A DNA stretch of 63,997 nucleotides, the filler included, from Jimgerdemannia flammicorona (Eukaryota): NCBI GenBank assembly GCA_003990765.1. It is 3 parts of 3 records of this genome, joined end to end, with 100 filler letters (N's around TTAATTAATTAA, not from the genome) between each part and the next. Parts side by side here need not be neighbours in the genome. Positions count along the whole stretch, not along the records: positions 21,546 to 42,987 come from RBNJ01001453.1; 2 more parts are not named here. The stretch is one strand, 5' to 3'. The notes beneath the pieces were generated by a model, which saw only the letters and a program-made list of their open reading frames with translations, made no database searches and had not been told where the DNA came from. A program made the position numbers and the translations under genes. Positions 25,250 to 37,800 of this stretch are shown piece by piece; position 1 is the stretch's first letter, and the number at the start of each line of letters is the position of its first letter.

Positions 25250-26592
25250 TTTACAATCCAAATCTGCTTCAAGACGCTTCCTCACCCCACTACAAACCCC
25301 TCCATGAATTCCTACAAGTTGGTATAAAGCCCAATCTCTGAACTGGAATTTATCCTGAACCATCTGACAATCTGGAGAGAATTGAACCTGATGTACAAGG
25401 ACAATTTGACCTCCATACCTGCAACAAGTGGGACAAACTTCATTTGAAAAAAGAAATACTCCAGTTAAATCAGCAAATAGGTGAAACCCTATTCACCAAA
25501 CTCCTTGCTCTACACCCAGCAAGTCAAGATGAAGAAGGTCTTATTGAAGCCTTCTTTACTCTTCTCAACAAGAGTTTTGTTAGCTCTACAAATCTGAGCA
25601 ACCTAGGACAACCAGCAGCAGTCTTTCTAGCCTTAGTCCCTCACAAAGCCCAAGCCTCTGTAGCCAAGTAGCTCAACTCTACCAACTTTCACTATACCAG
25701 GACCAAGACTACACTATACTACCAATTCCAGAACAGCAAGGCCTGCTATATCCTTAAAGAAGAAGCAAGAGAAACTCTTCATCAACTATCTGACCCTGAA
25801 CCTGAAGCAGGCCCTGCTATAGCCCTACCTGAATCTGAAACCAATATCGAACCTGAACTTGACTTTGAATTAAGTCCATCTAAAATCAGATATATAACTG
25901 TTTTTGTCTACTTTGATACCAAGCAAACCCAATTACACAGAGACCAAACCAAAGAAGAGGAGGAGTATCTTGGTGAATTCGATCCCAGATATACTACTAA
26001 AGGAGAAGTATCTCCATCAGGACAGAATACACCTACACAGCAACAAATAGTTATCTATCAAGCCCTCACTCTAGACTCACAACTACTATTCCAGCAACTT
26101 ACATAGATCTAAAGAACTCCATCACACTCTGCACCAGTACCTCAAGTAGTACCAGTAACACCACTACCAGCAGTCCAACTACCTCCAGTAAACAATATGG
26201 CAAACCAACAGATTCTAGACCTCACAGCCCAGATAGCCATAATGGCAGCAACCATTACTGCCTTAGCTGAACAGACCCAATCTACCAAAAATCTGAGCCT
26301 ACTTACCTTCAATGGTATTGCACAAGAAGTCCAAAGCTTTATTAGTATAGTTGATACCAACTTTGAAGCCAATCAATGGACCAATGAGCGAGTTGCTGAC
26401 TGCATTCTAACAAACAATCAAGACCACACTCTGGAACAACTCTTTGCTACCACTATAGCCTATGTCCACTAAGTTGTTACATTCTTCTGAGGACCTGCCA
26501 AAGAATGGTGGTGAACCCTTCCTGAAAAACCCCTTACATGAGATATCCAACTGCAGTAGTTGCTCAGAATGCAGCAAACAATACCCCAGGAT

Positions 26593-26981
26593 GTACAGGG
26601 GAGGTGGGGGGACCTGAGGGATCGATTGATAGGAGGGGTAGGGGAAGAGTGGATTACACTAGACTGGGCATTGGCTATTTGGGTTGGGCTGGCCGGCCAC
26701 TGGCTATTTGTATTTGAGGAGGAGAGGTGACAGAGCTTGGGGAGCCGGTTAGCAAGGTGGCAATTCCTTATGGAGGATACCTTGACAGGCTGGTGGCTTG
26801 GTTGGGGGCTGCAGGGGGGTCGGAGGTGCCGCTTGGTGGTGAAAATCTGTGGTCAGAGTGGTGGGAGAGTGGTCTTTTTACGTGAAGAGGTGGGGTGGGG
26901 CCCCTCAATGGGGATCAGCTAGTGGGTGGTGATATTGTATACTTATTCATAGACTGGTAATAAAGACGGAGTCCTAGGGAC

Positions 26982-27014
<33 letters not shown>
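26593..27014 (+). mobile_element. 5'-truncated LINE/SINE insertion inside gag
   Basis: Perfect 17-bp TSD AAACAATACCCCAGGAT (26576-26592 / 27015-27031), AATAAA at 26959, poly(A) from 26985. G-rich and CpGs intact. Confidence 0.92.
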
Positions 27015-27018
<4 letters not shown>

Positions 27019-27705
27019 AATACCCCAGGATACAGAGCCCATCCTGCAGCCCCTAGACTCAAATAACTCATGATTGCTCAATACTGCAGCAAAACCATGA
27101 TTGCTGAATCTCAAGTAAAACTCCGCAACCTCAAATTTGATGTACATAGCAAAGAAGAATTCGAAACCTTCTGTACAAAACTCGAGTCACTCCTGAATAC
27201 TATTGGCCTAGGATATATTGCCAATGATGAAACATGAAATGGTACAAGAGCAGACCATTTATTTAATGCACTGCCTGAATGGCTTACTAGAAAAATCTGA
27301 GAACAAGATTACCCAGTTGGTTGTGATCACTAACAATGGTGCCTCGCAAGAATCAAGACTATGGTTAAGTGAATCCTAACAGCTGGACCAATTCTGCCCT
27401 GAAGGCAATTCAACAATAAGGAAAAGACTTGGACCAAGAAAGAAGAACCCAAGCATGAAGCATCTCGAGCTCCCTCCACATCCACCTCTTGGATACCCAG
27501 AAATCATGAACCTACCCAACCGAGTACCTTCAAGAAACTCACTGAAGGTGAAAGGAATGAACTTCGAAGAAGCGGAGTATGCTTCTATTGCCAAAAGACA
27601 GGACATATGGCCAATGCCTGCCCTAACTGAAAACCCCGAACAGCAATACAAGCAACTGTTACCACTCTGCACCACCTCAACAACCTGACCACCAGAATAC
27701 TAGAC

Positions 27706-28110
27706 CTTGTCAAGTTAAGATAAACTGCTAAGGCCCCAACCAAAGGAAGTCAAAAAGCAGCTGGATATGACCTGTATGCAGCCGAAGAAGCTATAGTTTC
27801 CAACCGAGAAGTCAAACAAATCTATACAGGAATTAGTATCCAAATCCCTGAAGGACATGTTGGAAGAATATACTATTGCAGCAGTCTAGCATTGAAAGGA
27901 CTCACAGTAGAAGGAGGAGTCATTGATGAGGACTACACAGGTGAAGTTATTGTCCTCATCTGAAACCACAGTTGGACACCCTTCAAGATCTCTATTGGTT
28001 TCTGCATCGCTCAGATCCTATTCGAAAAAATTGAGTCAACTCTGATAGTCAAGAAAGTCTCTGAACTACTACCTACTATCTGAGGATCCAAAGGATTTGG
28101 CTCATCAAAC
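27706..28110 (+). pseudogene. dut: dUTPase domain of the retrotransposon polyprotein
   Basis: All five trimeric dUTPase motifs: AAGYDLYA, GRIYY(C)SSLA, GGVIDEDYTGE, (C)IAQI, (*)GSKGFGSS. Expected Arg codons appear as TGC/TGA. Confidence 0.93.
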
Positions 28111-31100
28111 AAGGCCCCAGTTCAACCTACTATGAACAAAGAAGAGCAATTCTATAAGAAAATCAAAGATAGATATGTACCAAGTAGCTGATATCTCCAT
28201 GGCATTGGAATGTACTCTTCCTGAATAATTGATGATTGCTTCTCTTGTGTCAATGAACTGGCTCAAAGAAGAACCAACAGAAGGAAAGCTCCTACAACCA
28301 AAATTACCACCATTGGATCAGACAAACTGCTTATACTTAAAGCTTTTATCAATTGAGCACCTGTCAAGATTATGATAGACAGTGGTGCCTCAGGCAACTT
28401 CATCAGTGAAGAGACAGCCAACAGACTTAAGGTCTTCACCTCTCTGGTACAACAAACTCAAGCAGTTGCCACAGCTGATGGAACCTCACATGTCATTAGC
28501 AAGGAAATCCACAATCTACCCTTCCAAATTGGTAACTATCGAGTACATGTTACCCTCCAAATTGTACCACTCCCTGACAATGAAATCATCCTTAGAACTC
28601 CATGGTTGAAACAAGAGAACCCCATGATTGATTGGGTAAACCATTCTCTGACCATCAAGAAAGGATGCCACAACTTCAAACTGCAAGGCGAAAAGAACCC
28701 ACTCAGTTCTAGTGACCCTGGACCAAAGATTACCTACATCAACAAGCTACAACTCAAGAAATTGGCCAAGAAATGCCCTCTCTTCACTATCTCCATCTGC
28801 CCATCTAAAGGAGAACTTGAGAACTCTGAAGAAGATTTCTTCAAAGTTGACAGCTGTGTCAGACCACTACTCTAGAAATTCTGAGACATATTCCCAAAGA
28901 AACTTCCAAAAGGCCTACCTCCTAAATGAGCAGTAGACCATGCTATTAAGACCATCCCAGATGCCAAACCAGTCTTCAAGTCAATCTACCACATGTCTCT
29001 GAGAGAAATTGATGCACTCAAGAAGGAAATCGATGAACTCCTAGAATAAGGATTCATTAGACCGAGTGTATCACCCTATTGTGCACCGGTCCTCTTTGTT
29101 GTCAAAAAAGGAGGAGATCTGCAAATGTGCATTGATTACCATGACCTCAATGAACAGACCATTAAGAACTGTTGCCCATTACCCAGAATCAATGAAATAT
29201 TCAATAGACTCACTAACCCACAATTCATGAGCTCTTTTGATCTGCGAAATGGCTATTGGCAAATTGCTATGAAAGAAGAAGATATCTACAAGACAGCTTT
29301 CCAAACTCGCTATGGACACTTCGAGTTCCTGGTTATACCCTTTGACTTAACTAATGCTCCTGCAACCTTCCAGACCCTGATGAATACTATTCTACACCCA
29401 TATCTAGACAAATTCATTATTATCTACATTGATAACATCCTAGTCTTCAGCAAAACCCTGGAGGAACATCTTGAACACCTTGAACTAGTACTACTGAAAC
29501 TCTGAGAAAACCGACTCTTTGCAAAACTCAGCAAGTGCGAATTTCTCCTGAAAGAAATTTAATTCCTTAGACACATTATCATGCCAAATAGAATTAAAGT
29601 GGACCCCAGCAAAATCTCTACAATCAAAGATTGGCCCAGACCCAAGAAGCTGAAAGACCTCCAGTCATTCCTGGGATTAGCAAACTATTACAGGCAATTT
29701 GTTGCCAACTTTGCTAAAATTGCTACTGCCCTCACCCAAATAACCAAGCACAGCAAGAAACAAGAACAACCCTGGACCACTAAACAAGAGAAAGACTTCA
29801 ACAATCTTGTAAATTGGAGACCTGAGTAAGATACCGCCTTTTAAGCACTGAAAGATGCCCTGATAACCACTCCAGTACTTCAAGTAGCAAATCCTGCTCT
29901 ACCATATAAAGTCACTACTGATGCCTCTGACCTAGCTCTTAGAGCAGTGCTTATGCAAGAAGGACACCCTGTGGCCTATCACTCCTGCAAGTTCAATGAT
30001 GCTGAAATTAACTATGCAATCCATGAGAAGGAAATGCTAGCCATTGTAGACACTCTGATCAAATGGTGACCATATCTAGAAGGAGCACACTTTACTGTAT
30101 TGACTGACCACAAATCATTAGTCAATATCAAGACCCAGGCTACCCTTTCTTGAAAGCAAGCCAGATGGATGAAAGTCCTCACCAACTTTGACTATGAAAT
30201 CCAGTATCACCCTAGTAAGGAGAATATTGTTACCAATGTAATTTCCAGACCACTCATTGAAGAAGTTATCCAAACTCTCACCTTGGTTACCAACACTATC
30301 ATGGAGCATATTATTGCAGTATGTGCTGATGACAAGGAAGCTCAAGCACTCTAAGAAATCCTGAGCAGTGATGATGCTGACAAACATATCCAGTACCATT
30401 AATACCAACTGAAGGATAATGCTATCTACTATAAGGACAGATTGTATGTTCCAAACAACCAAGACCTCCAAAGGAGTATCTTATTTGAATGTCATGATGC
30501 CCCAACAGCTGGACATTTAGGATTTGACAAATGCTATAAAGTTATCTCCCAAAACTTCTATTGGCCCTGTATGGCAGATTAGCTCAAAACCTACATCACT
30601 TCCTATGATGCCTGCCAATGGAATAAGTCCTCAACACTAGCAAAACCTGGCCTACTCAACCCTATTCCAGTACCATCTGCTAATTGGGAACAAATCTCTA
30701 TGGACTTTATTGTATAACTATCTCGAACCAAGAATGGGAAAGATGCAATTATTGTCTTCATGGACTATCTCAGCAAACAAGCCTACTTTGTACCAACCAC
30801 CACCACTGCAACAGTACCAGATATAGCCATACTCTTGTTTGACAATATCTTCTGCTATCATGGTCTTCCTAAGATCATTATTAGTGACTGAGATCTGAAA
30901 TTTACCAGCCATTTTTGAAAAGCCCTCCATACATACCTTGGAACAAAACTTGTACTATCTACAGCCTTTCACCCTGAAACTGATGATCAAACTGAAAGAA
31001 TGAACTGAACTTTGGAACAAATACTAAGGAACTATGTTTCCTATAGACAAGATAATTAGTATGAATACCTCACTGCAGTCAAGTTTGCCTATAACAACAG

Positions 31101-31599
31101 TAAGCAAGCCTCTCTGGAAATGACCCCATTCTTCACCAACACTGGACAAAACCCAAACACCCCTTTGACACTTATCCGAACCACTGAAGAACCCTCTACA
31201 GTTGAAGCTGTTGAAGAATTCTTACTCCGAATGTGCAATCTAAGCCAGATTACCATTGAGAATTTATCACGAGCTCAAGAACAACAGTTACAGTATGTTA
31301 ACCAACACTGCCAAGAAGAAACCTTTGATATTGGAGAAAAGGTTCTACTGGACATCAGAGGATACTGAGTTGACAACCTCAAGCACAGACCATCTACAAA
31401 GCTAAATAGCAAGTTCATTGGACCATTTGAAGTTATTGCACAAGTCTCTCTAACCTCCTAAAAATTGGTACTACTAGACACTATTAAGATTCACCCAGTC
31501 TTCAATGTCCAACATCTTAAGTGATATAGTGAGAATGATGATGAACTATTCTCTAACTGAATCATGAAACCACCTGCACCTGTTATTATTAATGATTAA

Positions 31600-31767
31600 G
31601 AAGAGTATGAAGTTGAACAAATCCTCAACAAACATGGCTACAAGAACCACCCTGAGTACCTTGTTAAATGGAAAGGTTATCCAATCCATAATACAACCTG
31701 GGAACCCAAGACCAATCTCCAGAATGCTACCAACTTATTTCAGAAATATGATTCCTTGAACAACTAA
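31600..31767 (+). pseudogene. Integrase C-terminal chromodomain
   Basis: EEYEVEQILNKHGYKNHPEYLVKWKGYPIHNTTWEPKTNLQNA. Confidence 0.9.
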
Positions 31768-32174
31768 AACCAAATACTCTGCACCTATCTATACATACTA
31801 TGTATTATCCTCCCAAATACTATAATTATAAAAAATCAAGAACTCAGCAAAACAAGACAAGAATACCAACCCTCTGGAAAAAATAGCAAAACTGAAAGCC
31901 AGCCTATTCTCCCTGTATCACTGGTGGGAAACAAAACATAGACATTTAAGAAGATTCTTTAGAGAAAATTCTCCAGCAGTGAATGATGTCAGAATCACTT
32001 CTGGCATATGGCATTGAACACACAACCCTTTAATGTGTGAATCCAATGTGTTAGGCAACTGTACTACAAGCATGCCACTTTCTGAAAAAATGGACTTTAC
32101 TAGACTTTTGACCTCTCAAATGGTGTAACAACACTAGAACAAAATTAGAAGGCCCGACAAGGACATCAAAAGCT

Positions 32175-32187
32175 AAGAAGGGGAGAG
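32175..32187 (+). other. Polypurine tract
   Basis: AAGAAGGGGAGAG just upstream of the 3' LTR TG. Confidence 0.9.
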
Positions 32188-32188
32188 T

Positions 32189-34211
32189 TGTAAGTGTACA
32201 ATCTCCAAGCCACCGAAATCACACATCACCCTCTGAACAAGCCACTGAAATCACACATGACCTCCAAACAAATCTAGAAATCACCTGCTTGATCATGAAG
32301 CTGAGTCAACATGAAGTCACAGAACACAAGATTCACACAAATGGAATCTTACCAATTAGGACCAAATGTATATATACTGAGCACTGAGACACATCGAAAC
32401 AGAGAACCAAAACAAACAACAACCATAACTTCCAAACATATAAACATGACCACTGAGATCTACAACTGTATCTGCACTGACATTTGAAATGCTATTGTCA
32501 ACTGAGCCACACCCCCTCTACTCCTCATAAATATCCATAGCCTAGCATCCCTCTACTTCATGGAAGCCCAATGGAATACTCTGAACATACTGAACGAGGC
32601 CCACCAGATCAGACAAATCTCAAGCTACTATCAGATTGGCCACCTCCTGGAAGACATGGTCGAATACCACAATAATACAGACATTACCCAGATGTCTCAA
32701 CACCAGAAACTCATTGCCTGCAAACACCAAGAACTCTTCTACAAATATAGCACTGTTATTCCCCACCTTCGAGTTACTATAGCCGAAATGGTTACTACCC
32801 TGTTCTATGGCCAAATTGATGACATGATACAAGAACTCAACTACAAGTACCTCGAGTATATCAAAACCACAGACAGAACCTTCCCCCACCCCAATGATCA
32901 TATCCTGCAAATGCCCCAAGTCAGATATGCTATGAAGGATGTCTATAATATAATCCACTTTGACAAAGATGAAGCAGAAGACAATGATCTCTCTGATACT
33001 GACATGACCTCAAGCCAAGGATCCCTGCCAACCCTCAACCTTGCTGATGAACTTACAGTAGTTCATAACTGCCTATGAGACCTATTGGGACAATGACTAC
33101 TGGTATAAATACTAACTCGCATTCACCTCCAATTACTTCAATTACAATGAAGAAACCAGAGAACATAATCTATATGTCCAGACAACCCTCGAGATCAAGC
33201 CAACCACTCCACCACCTGAGTACGAGCGACATAAACCACAGCTGCCAGCTTACTACAAACCCATGACTCATAGTACTGTAACCTATAGAAGATATGCAGA
33301 TAGTGAAACTGATGAAAGCGAAGATAATGTACTGCTTCTTTGCCCACCAATACCTTATCTAGTATATGAGACAGATGATGCCATCCTGTAGGATAGTGAT
33401 GAAGTCCTAATGTATTACTACCATAGTCAACAAGGAGAAGTAATCTGCAAACCACTCTTCCTGGATAACTACTTCATCAGAGATGATATCATCGATGGTG
33501 ATGTCATCAAAGACTACCCAGATAGTACCTAAACCATAAATAGCTTAGCAGTCATAGTATAGTTAGATTAGTCTTGTACAATATAACTGTGAACCAACTC
33601 AGCAATCAATTGATCTCTTGACATGTCAGATCACACTTGTACTATGTGACTGCATTCTGACTCAGTAAAGCACTTAGTGCTATATCCATATCTAGTATAG
33701 TCCAGATAGCCCCTCACTAGTATAAATACCCCCTCCCCCAGACCTCAGAATCTCAGACTTGAACAATCTGAATACAACTCCTGAGTATTTCCCAATAATA
33801 TTCCTTCACACAACCAACTCCTAGTATAGCAAAATTATGAATAGTGAATAAAATCTATTTAATAACCCACAAACCACTCTTAAGTAAATCTGCTCCCCAT
33901 TAGGTCCCACTCCTAACTCCATCACGAAATTTCCTAATTGGGTATTGTCTATAGTGATATGCCAATTCAACTAAGCTAGTCTTAGTTTCTTGAACTTTCT
34001 AAAATATGGAAAATCCTGAACATCCAGAACTAGTCTGAAAAAGGACTTTGGTTGAGACGTCAATCTGATCTTGAAATCAATAAGTATAGAGGACGTACTC
34101 CATATAAAATTAATCTTGACCATAAGAAAATGGTCTTCCAGAACATCCAGAACTTCCAGAAAATCCTTCCAGAACTACATAATGGTTACTCTAAAAAGCA
34201 ACCCTCTTATA
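32189..34211 (+). repeat. 3' LTR (2023 bp)
   Basis: TGTAAGTGTAC...CCTCTTATA followed by TSD TTGAG. Confidence 0.95.
32446..33078 (+). pseudogene. LTR(U3)-encoded accessory ORF, 3' LTR copy (~210 codons)
   Basis: Two early TGA stops correspond to TGG and CGA in the 5' LTR. The rest is the 172-aa ORF 32560-33078. Confidence 0.68.
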
Positions 34212-34869
34212 TTGAGATTGAACTAACAACTCCACTATCAAAAAAAACTTGCCCATATAGGGCTATCCACTCAGGAAGATAGTGTCATCCTTGTGTAGGG
34301 GCCATGCTAATCTTCTCTGTATCATTCCAATTTTTTCAAGTATCAGCAGTCCCGAAGGACTTGACAACAACTCCACTATCTGAGTATGAGCAATATGAAC
34401 CACAGCTGCTAGCTTACTACAATCCAGCACATAACTTATAGAAGGTATATAGATAGCAAATCCAATAAAAGCAAAGATAATGCACCCCTCCTTCACTCAC
34501 CAATACCTTACCCAGCATATGAGACAGATAATGCTATCTTGTGGAATGGTGATAAAGTTCTAATATATTATTATCTTAGCAAATAAGAAGAATTAATCTG
34601 TGAATAACTCTTCCTAGATAACTACTTTATCAGAGATAATACTATTGATAGTAATGTCATTGAAGACTACTCAGACAGTATCTAAATCTATAGATAGCTT
34701 AGCAGTCATAGTATAGTTAGATTAGCCTTATATAATATAACTATAAACTAACTCAGCAGTCAGATGATCCCTTGATATATCAGATTACACTTATACTATG
34801 TGACTGTATTCTGACTCAGCAAAGTACTAAGTGCTATATCTATATTCAGCATAGCCCAGATAGCCTCTC
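34212..34869 (+). repeat. Older host LTR, fragment 2
   Basis: Continues fragment 1 colinearly with LTR positions ~24212-24738, with a short extra segment near 34240-34360. Confidence 0.83.
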
Positions 34870-37800
34870 TGTAAGAGGGTTGCTTTTTAGGGTAACCATT
34901 ACATAGTTCTGAAAGGGTTTTCTAGAAGTTCTAGATATTCTAAAAGACTATTTTCTTATAGTCAAGATCAATTTTGTATAGAGTACATTCACTATGCTTA
35001 TTAATTTCAAGTTTGGGTTAATGTCTCAACCAAAGTCCTTTTTTGGACTAGTTCTGGATGTTCAGGATTTTCCATATTTCAGGAAGTTCAAGAAACTAAG
35101 ACCAGCTTAGTTGAATTGGTGTATCACTATAGACAATATCCAATTAGGAAATTTCATGATAGGGTTAGGAGTGGGACCTAATAGGGAGTGGATTTACTTA
35201 AGAGTGGTTTGTGGATTATTAAATAGGTTTATTCGCTATTCATGATATTGCTATACTAGGAGTAGTTGTGTAAAGAGATATTGTGGAGAAGTACTCAGGA
35301 GTTGTGTTTGGATTGTTCAAGTCTGGATTCTGAGGTCTGGAGGAGGGGGTATTTATACTAGTGAGGGGCTATCTGGACTATGCTAAATATGGATATAGCA
35401 CTAAGTGTCTTGCTGAGTCAGAATGCAGTCACGTAGTACAAGAGTGATCTGACATGTCAAGAGATTATCTGACTGCTGAGTTAATTCACAGTCACATCGT
35501 ACAAGGCTAATCTAACTATACTATGACTGCTAAGCTATTTATAGGTTTAGACACTGTCTGGGTAGTCTTCAATGACATCACTATTGATGACATCATTGCT
35601 GGCAAAGTCTGAGCAGTTTTCTGACTTCTGACATCATCAGTTTCAAGGTACCGTCACTTCTATCTCTTGTAAGATTAAGGCTGTTCTTGGTGGCAGTGGT
35701 TGTACAAGGATAATAGGTCTTGGTTCTCTTTTTTTTTGGTCTGCTGGCGCATTTGCAAGGACTGGCCATTCTTGTCTAGGGCAAGGGCTCTCAATGTCAC
35801 AGCTGGGGGTTCAAACCTCTTAGAAATAATATTTTCTGTAATCTGAGGCAATTTCTAGTAGCAATATCTATCATGTGGATGGCTTAAGATTGGTTTCGAC
35901 ATTGTTAGCTTTCTTGAGTTCAGATGAAGCATCTGTCACTCTCTAACAGAGGTGATACAGATAGAGTGAACAGAGTTGTTCAAATGCATTTTGCTTTTGC
36001 TAAGTAATGAGGTCTTGTATAGTCATAGTATATCTTGGTCTTGAGTTGATAAGTACAGTTTGTGAATCTTTTGAAAGATGAGATAGGGTTCTTCTTGTCT
36101 CAATTTGAGTTTGGTACTTTTGGTTTCCTTTTGTAATAGTACAGTATACCAAACTAGTTATAGTAGTTCAGAGTCAGTCTTATGGTTGTAGTACTTCTTC
36201 TAGTATTCTTATATCTTGGCAGTGGGTTCTCATACTTGCTGGCATATTTTGTGTAACCAGATGATCTCTTGTTTTGTAGTCTCACATGTGGTTTCCAAAT
36301 TAGTTCTGAGAATGCCATGCAATTTTGGTGGCTTAGAGGTTGTGCACTTACAACTCTCCCCTTCTTAGCTTTCAACATCCTCATCAGGGCCTTCTAATTT
36401 ATTCTGGTGTTGTTGTACCATTTGGATGGTTCTTGTGGCTATGTTTGTTGAGGATTTGTTCAACTTTGTATTCTTTTTGGTCATTAATAATGACAGATAC
36501 AGGTGGTTCTGTGGTTCAGTTCAGAAATGTGTCTCGGGCTTTCTGGAGTAGTGGTCTGACACAGCTGTCAACTTTGGAAAAGTCTTCTTCAGAGTTCTTG
36601 GGTTCTTCTTTGGATGGACAGATGGAGATAGCAAAGAGAGGGCATTTCTTAGTCAATTTCTTGAGTTGTAGTTTATTGATGTGAGTGATCTTTGATCTAG
36701 AGTTACTAGAACTGAGTGGGTCCTTTTTATCTTGCAGTTTGAAGTTGTGGTGTCCTTTCTTGATGGTCAGAGAATGGTTTATCCAATCGATCATAGGGTT
36801 CTCTTATTTCAGCCATGGGGTTCCAAGAATTATTTCATTGTCAGGAAGTGGTACAATTTGGAGGGTAACATATACTTGATAGTCACCAATTTGGAAGGGT
36901 AGATTGCAGACTTCCTTGCTGATGAAATGTGAGGTTCCATCAGCTGTGGCAACTGCTTGGGTTTGTTGTACCAGAGAGGTGAAGACCTTAAGTCTGTTGG
37001 CTATCTCTTCATTGATGAAGTTGCCTGAGGCACCACTGTCTATCATAATCTTGACAGGTGCTCAGTTGACAAAAGCTTTAAGTGTAAGCAGTTTGACTGA
37101 CCCAATGGTGGTGATTTTGGTTATAGGAGCTTTCCTTCTGTTGGTTCTTCTTTAAGCCAGTTCATTGATACAAGAGAAGCAATCATCAATCATTCAGGAA
37201 AAGTACATTCCAATGCCATGGGGGCATCAGTCACTTGGTATATATCCATCTTTGATTTTCTTATAGAATTGCTCTTCTTTATTCATAGTAGGTTGGACTG
37301 GGGCCTTGTTCGATGAGCCAAATTCTTTGGATCCTTGGGTGGTAGGTAGTAGTTCAGGGACTTCCTTGACTGTTAGAGTTGACTTGATTTTTTCAGATCT
37401 GGGTAATGCAGAAACCTATAGAGATCTTGAAGGGTGTCCAACTATGGTTTTGGATGAGGATAATAATTTCGCCTATATAATCCTCATCAATGACTCCTCC
37501 TTCTACTGAGAGTCCCTTCAATACTAGACTGTTGCAACAGCATATTCTTCCAATATATCCTTTGGGAATTTAGATACTGATTCCTGTATAGACTTGCTTG
37601 ACTTCTTGGTTGGAAACTATAGCTTCTTTGGCTACATACAGGTTATATCTAGCTGCTTTTTGACTTCCTTTGGTTGGGGTCTTAGCAGTTTGTCTTAACT
37701 TGACAAAGTCCAGTGTTCTGGTGGTCAGGTTATTGAGGTGGTGCAGAGTGGTAACAGTTGCTTGTATTGCTGTTTGGGGTTTTCAGTTAGGGCAGGCACT

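Larger units (their letters stand above)
25057..31767 (+). pseudogene. gag-pol: Gag-Pol polyprotein, consensus single frame, many transition-derived stops
   Basis: Zinc knuckle CFYCQKTGHMANACP (27580); protease MIDSGASGNFI (28372); RT MCIDYHDLN/FDLRNGYWQI/YIDN; RNase H TTDASD; integrase HHCC, SMDF, TERMN, GPF; chromodomain at the C-terminus. Confidence 0.93.
23212..34211 (+). mobile_element. Full-length Ty3/Gypsy chromovirus LTR retrotransposon with dUTPase (mutationally inactivated)
   Basis: Two 2023-bp LTRs TGTAAG...CTTA(C/T)A, 5-bp TSD TTAAG/TTGAG, PBS, PPT, and domain order Gag-DUT-PR-RT-RH-IN-CHD. Confidence 0.96.
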
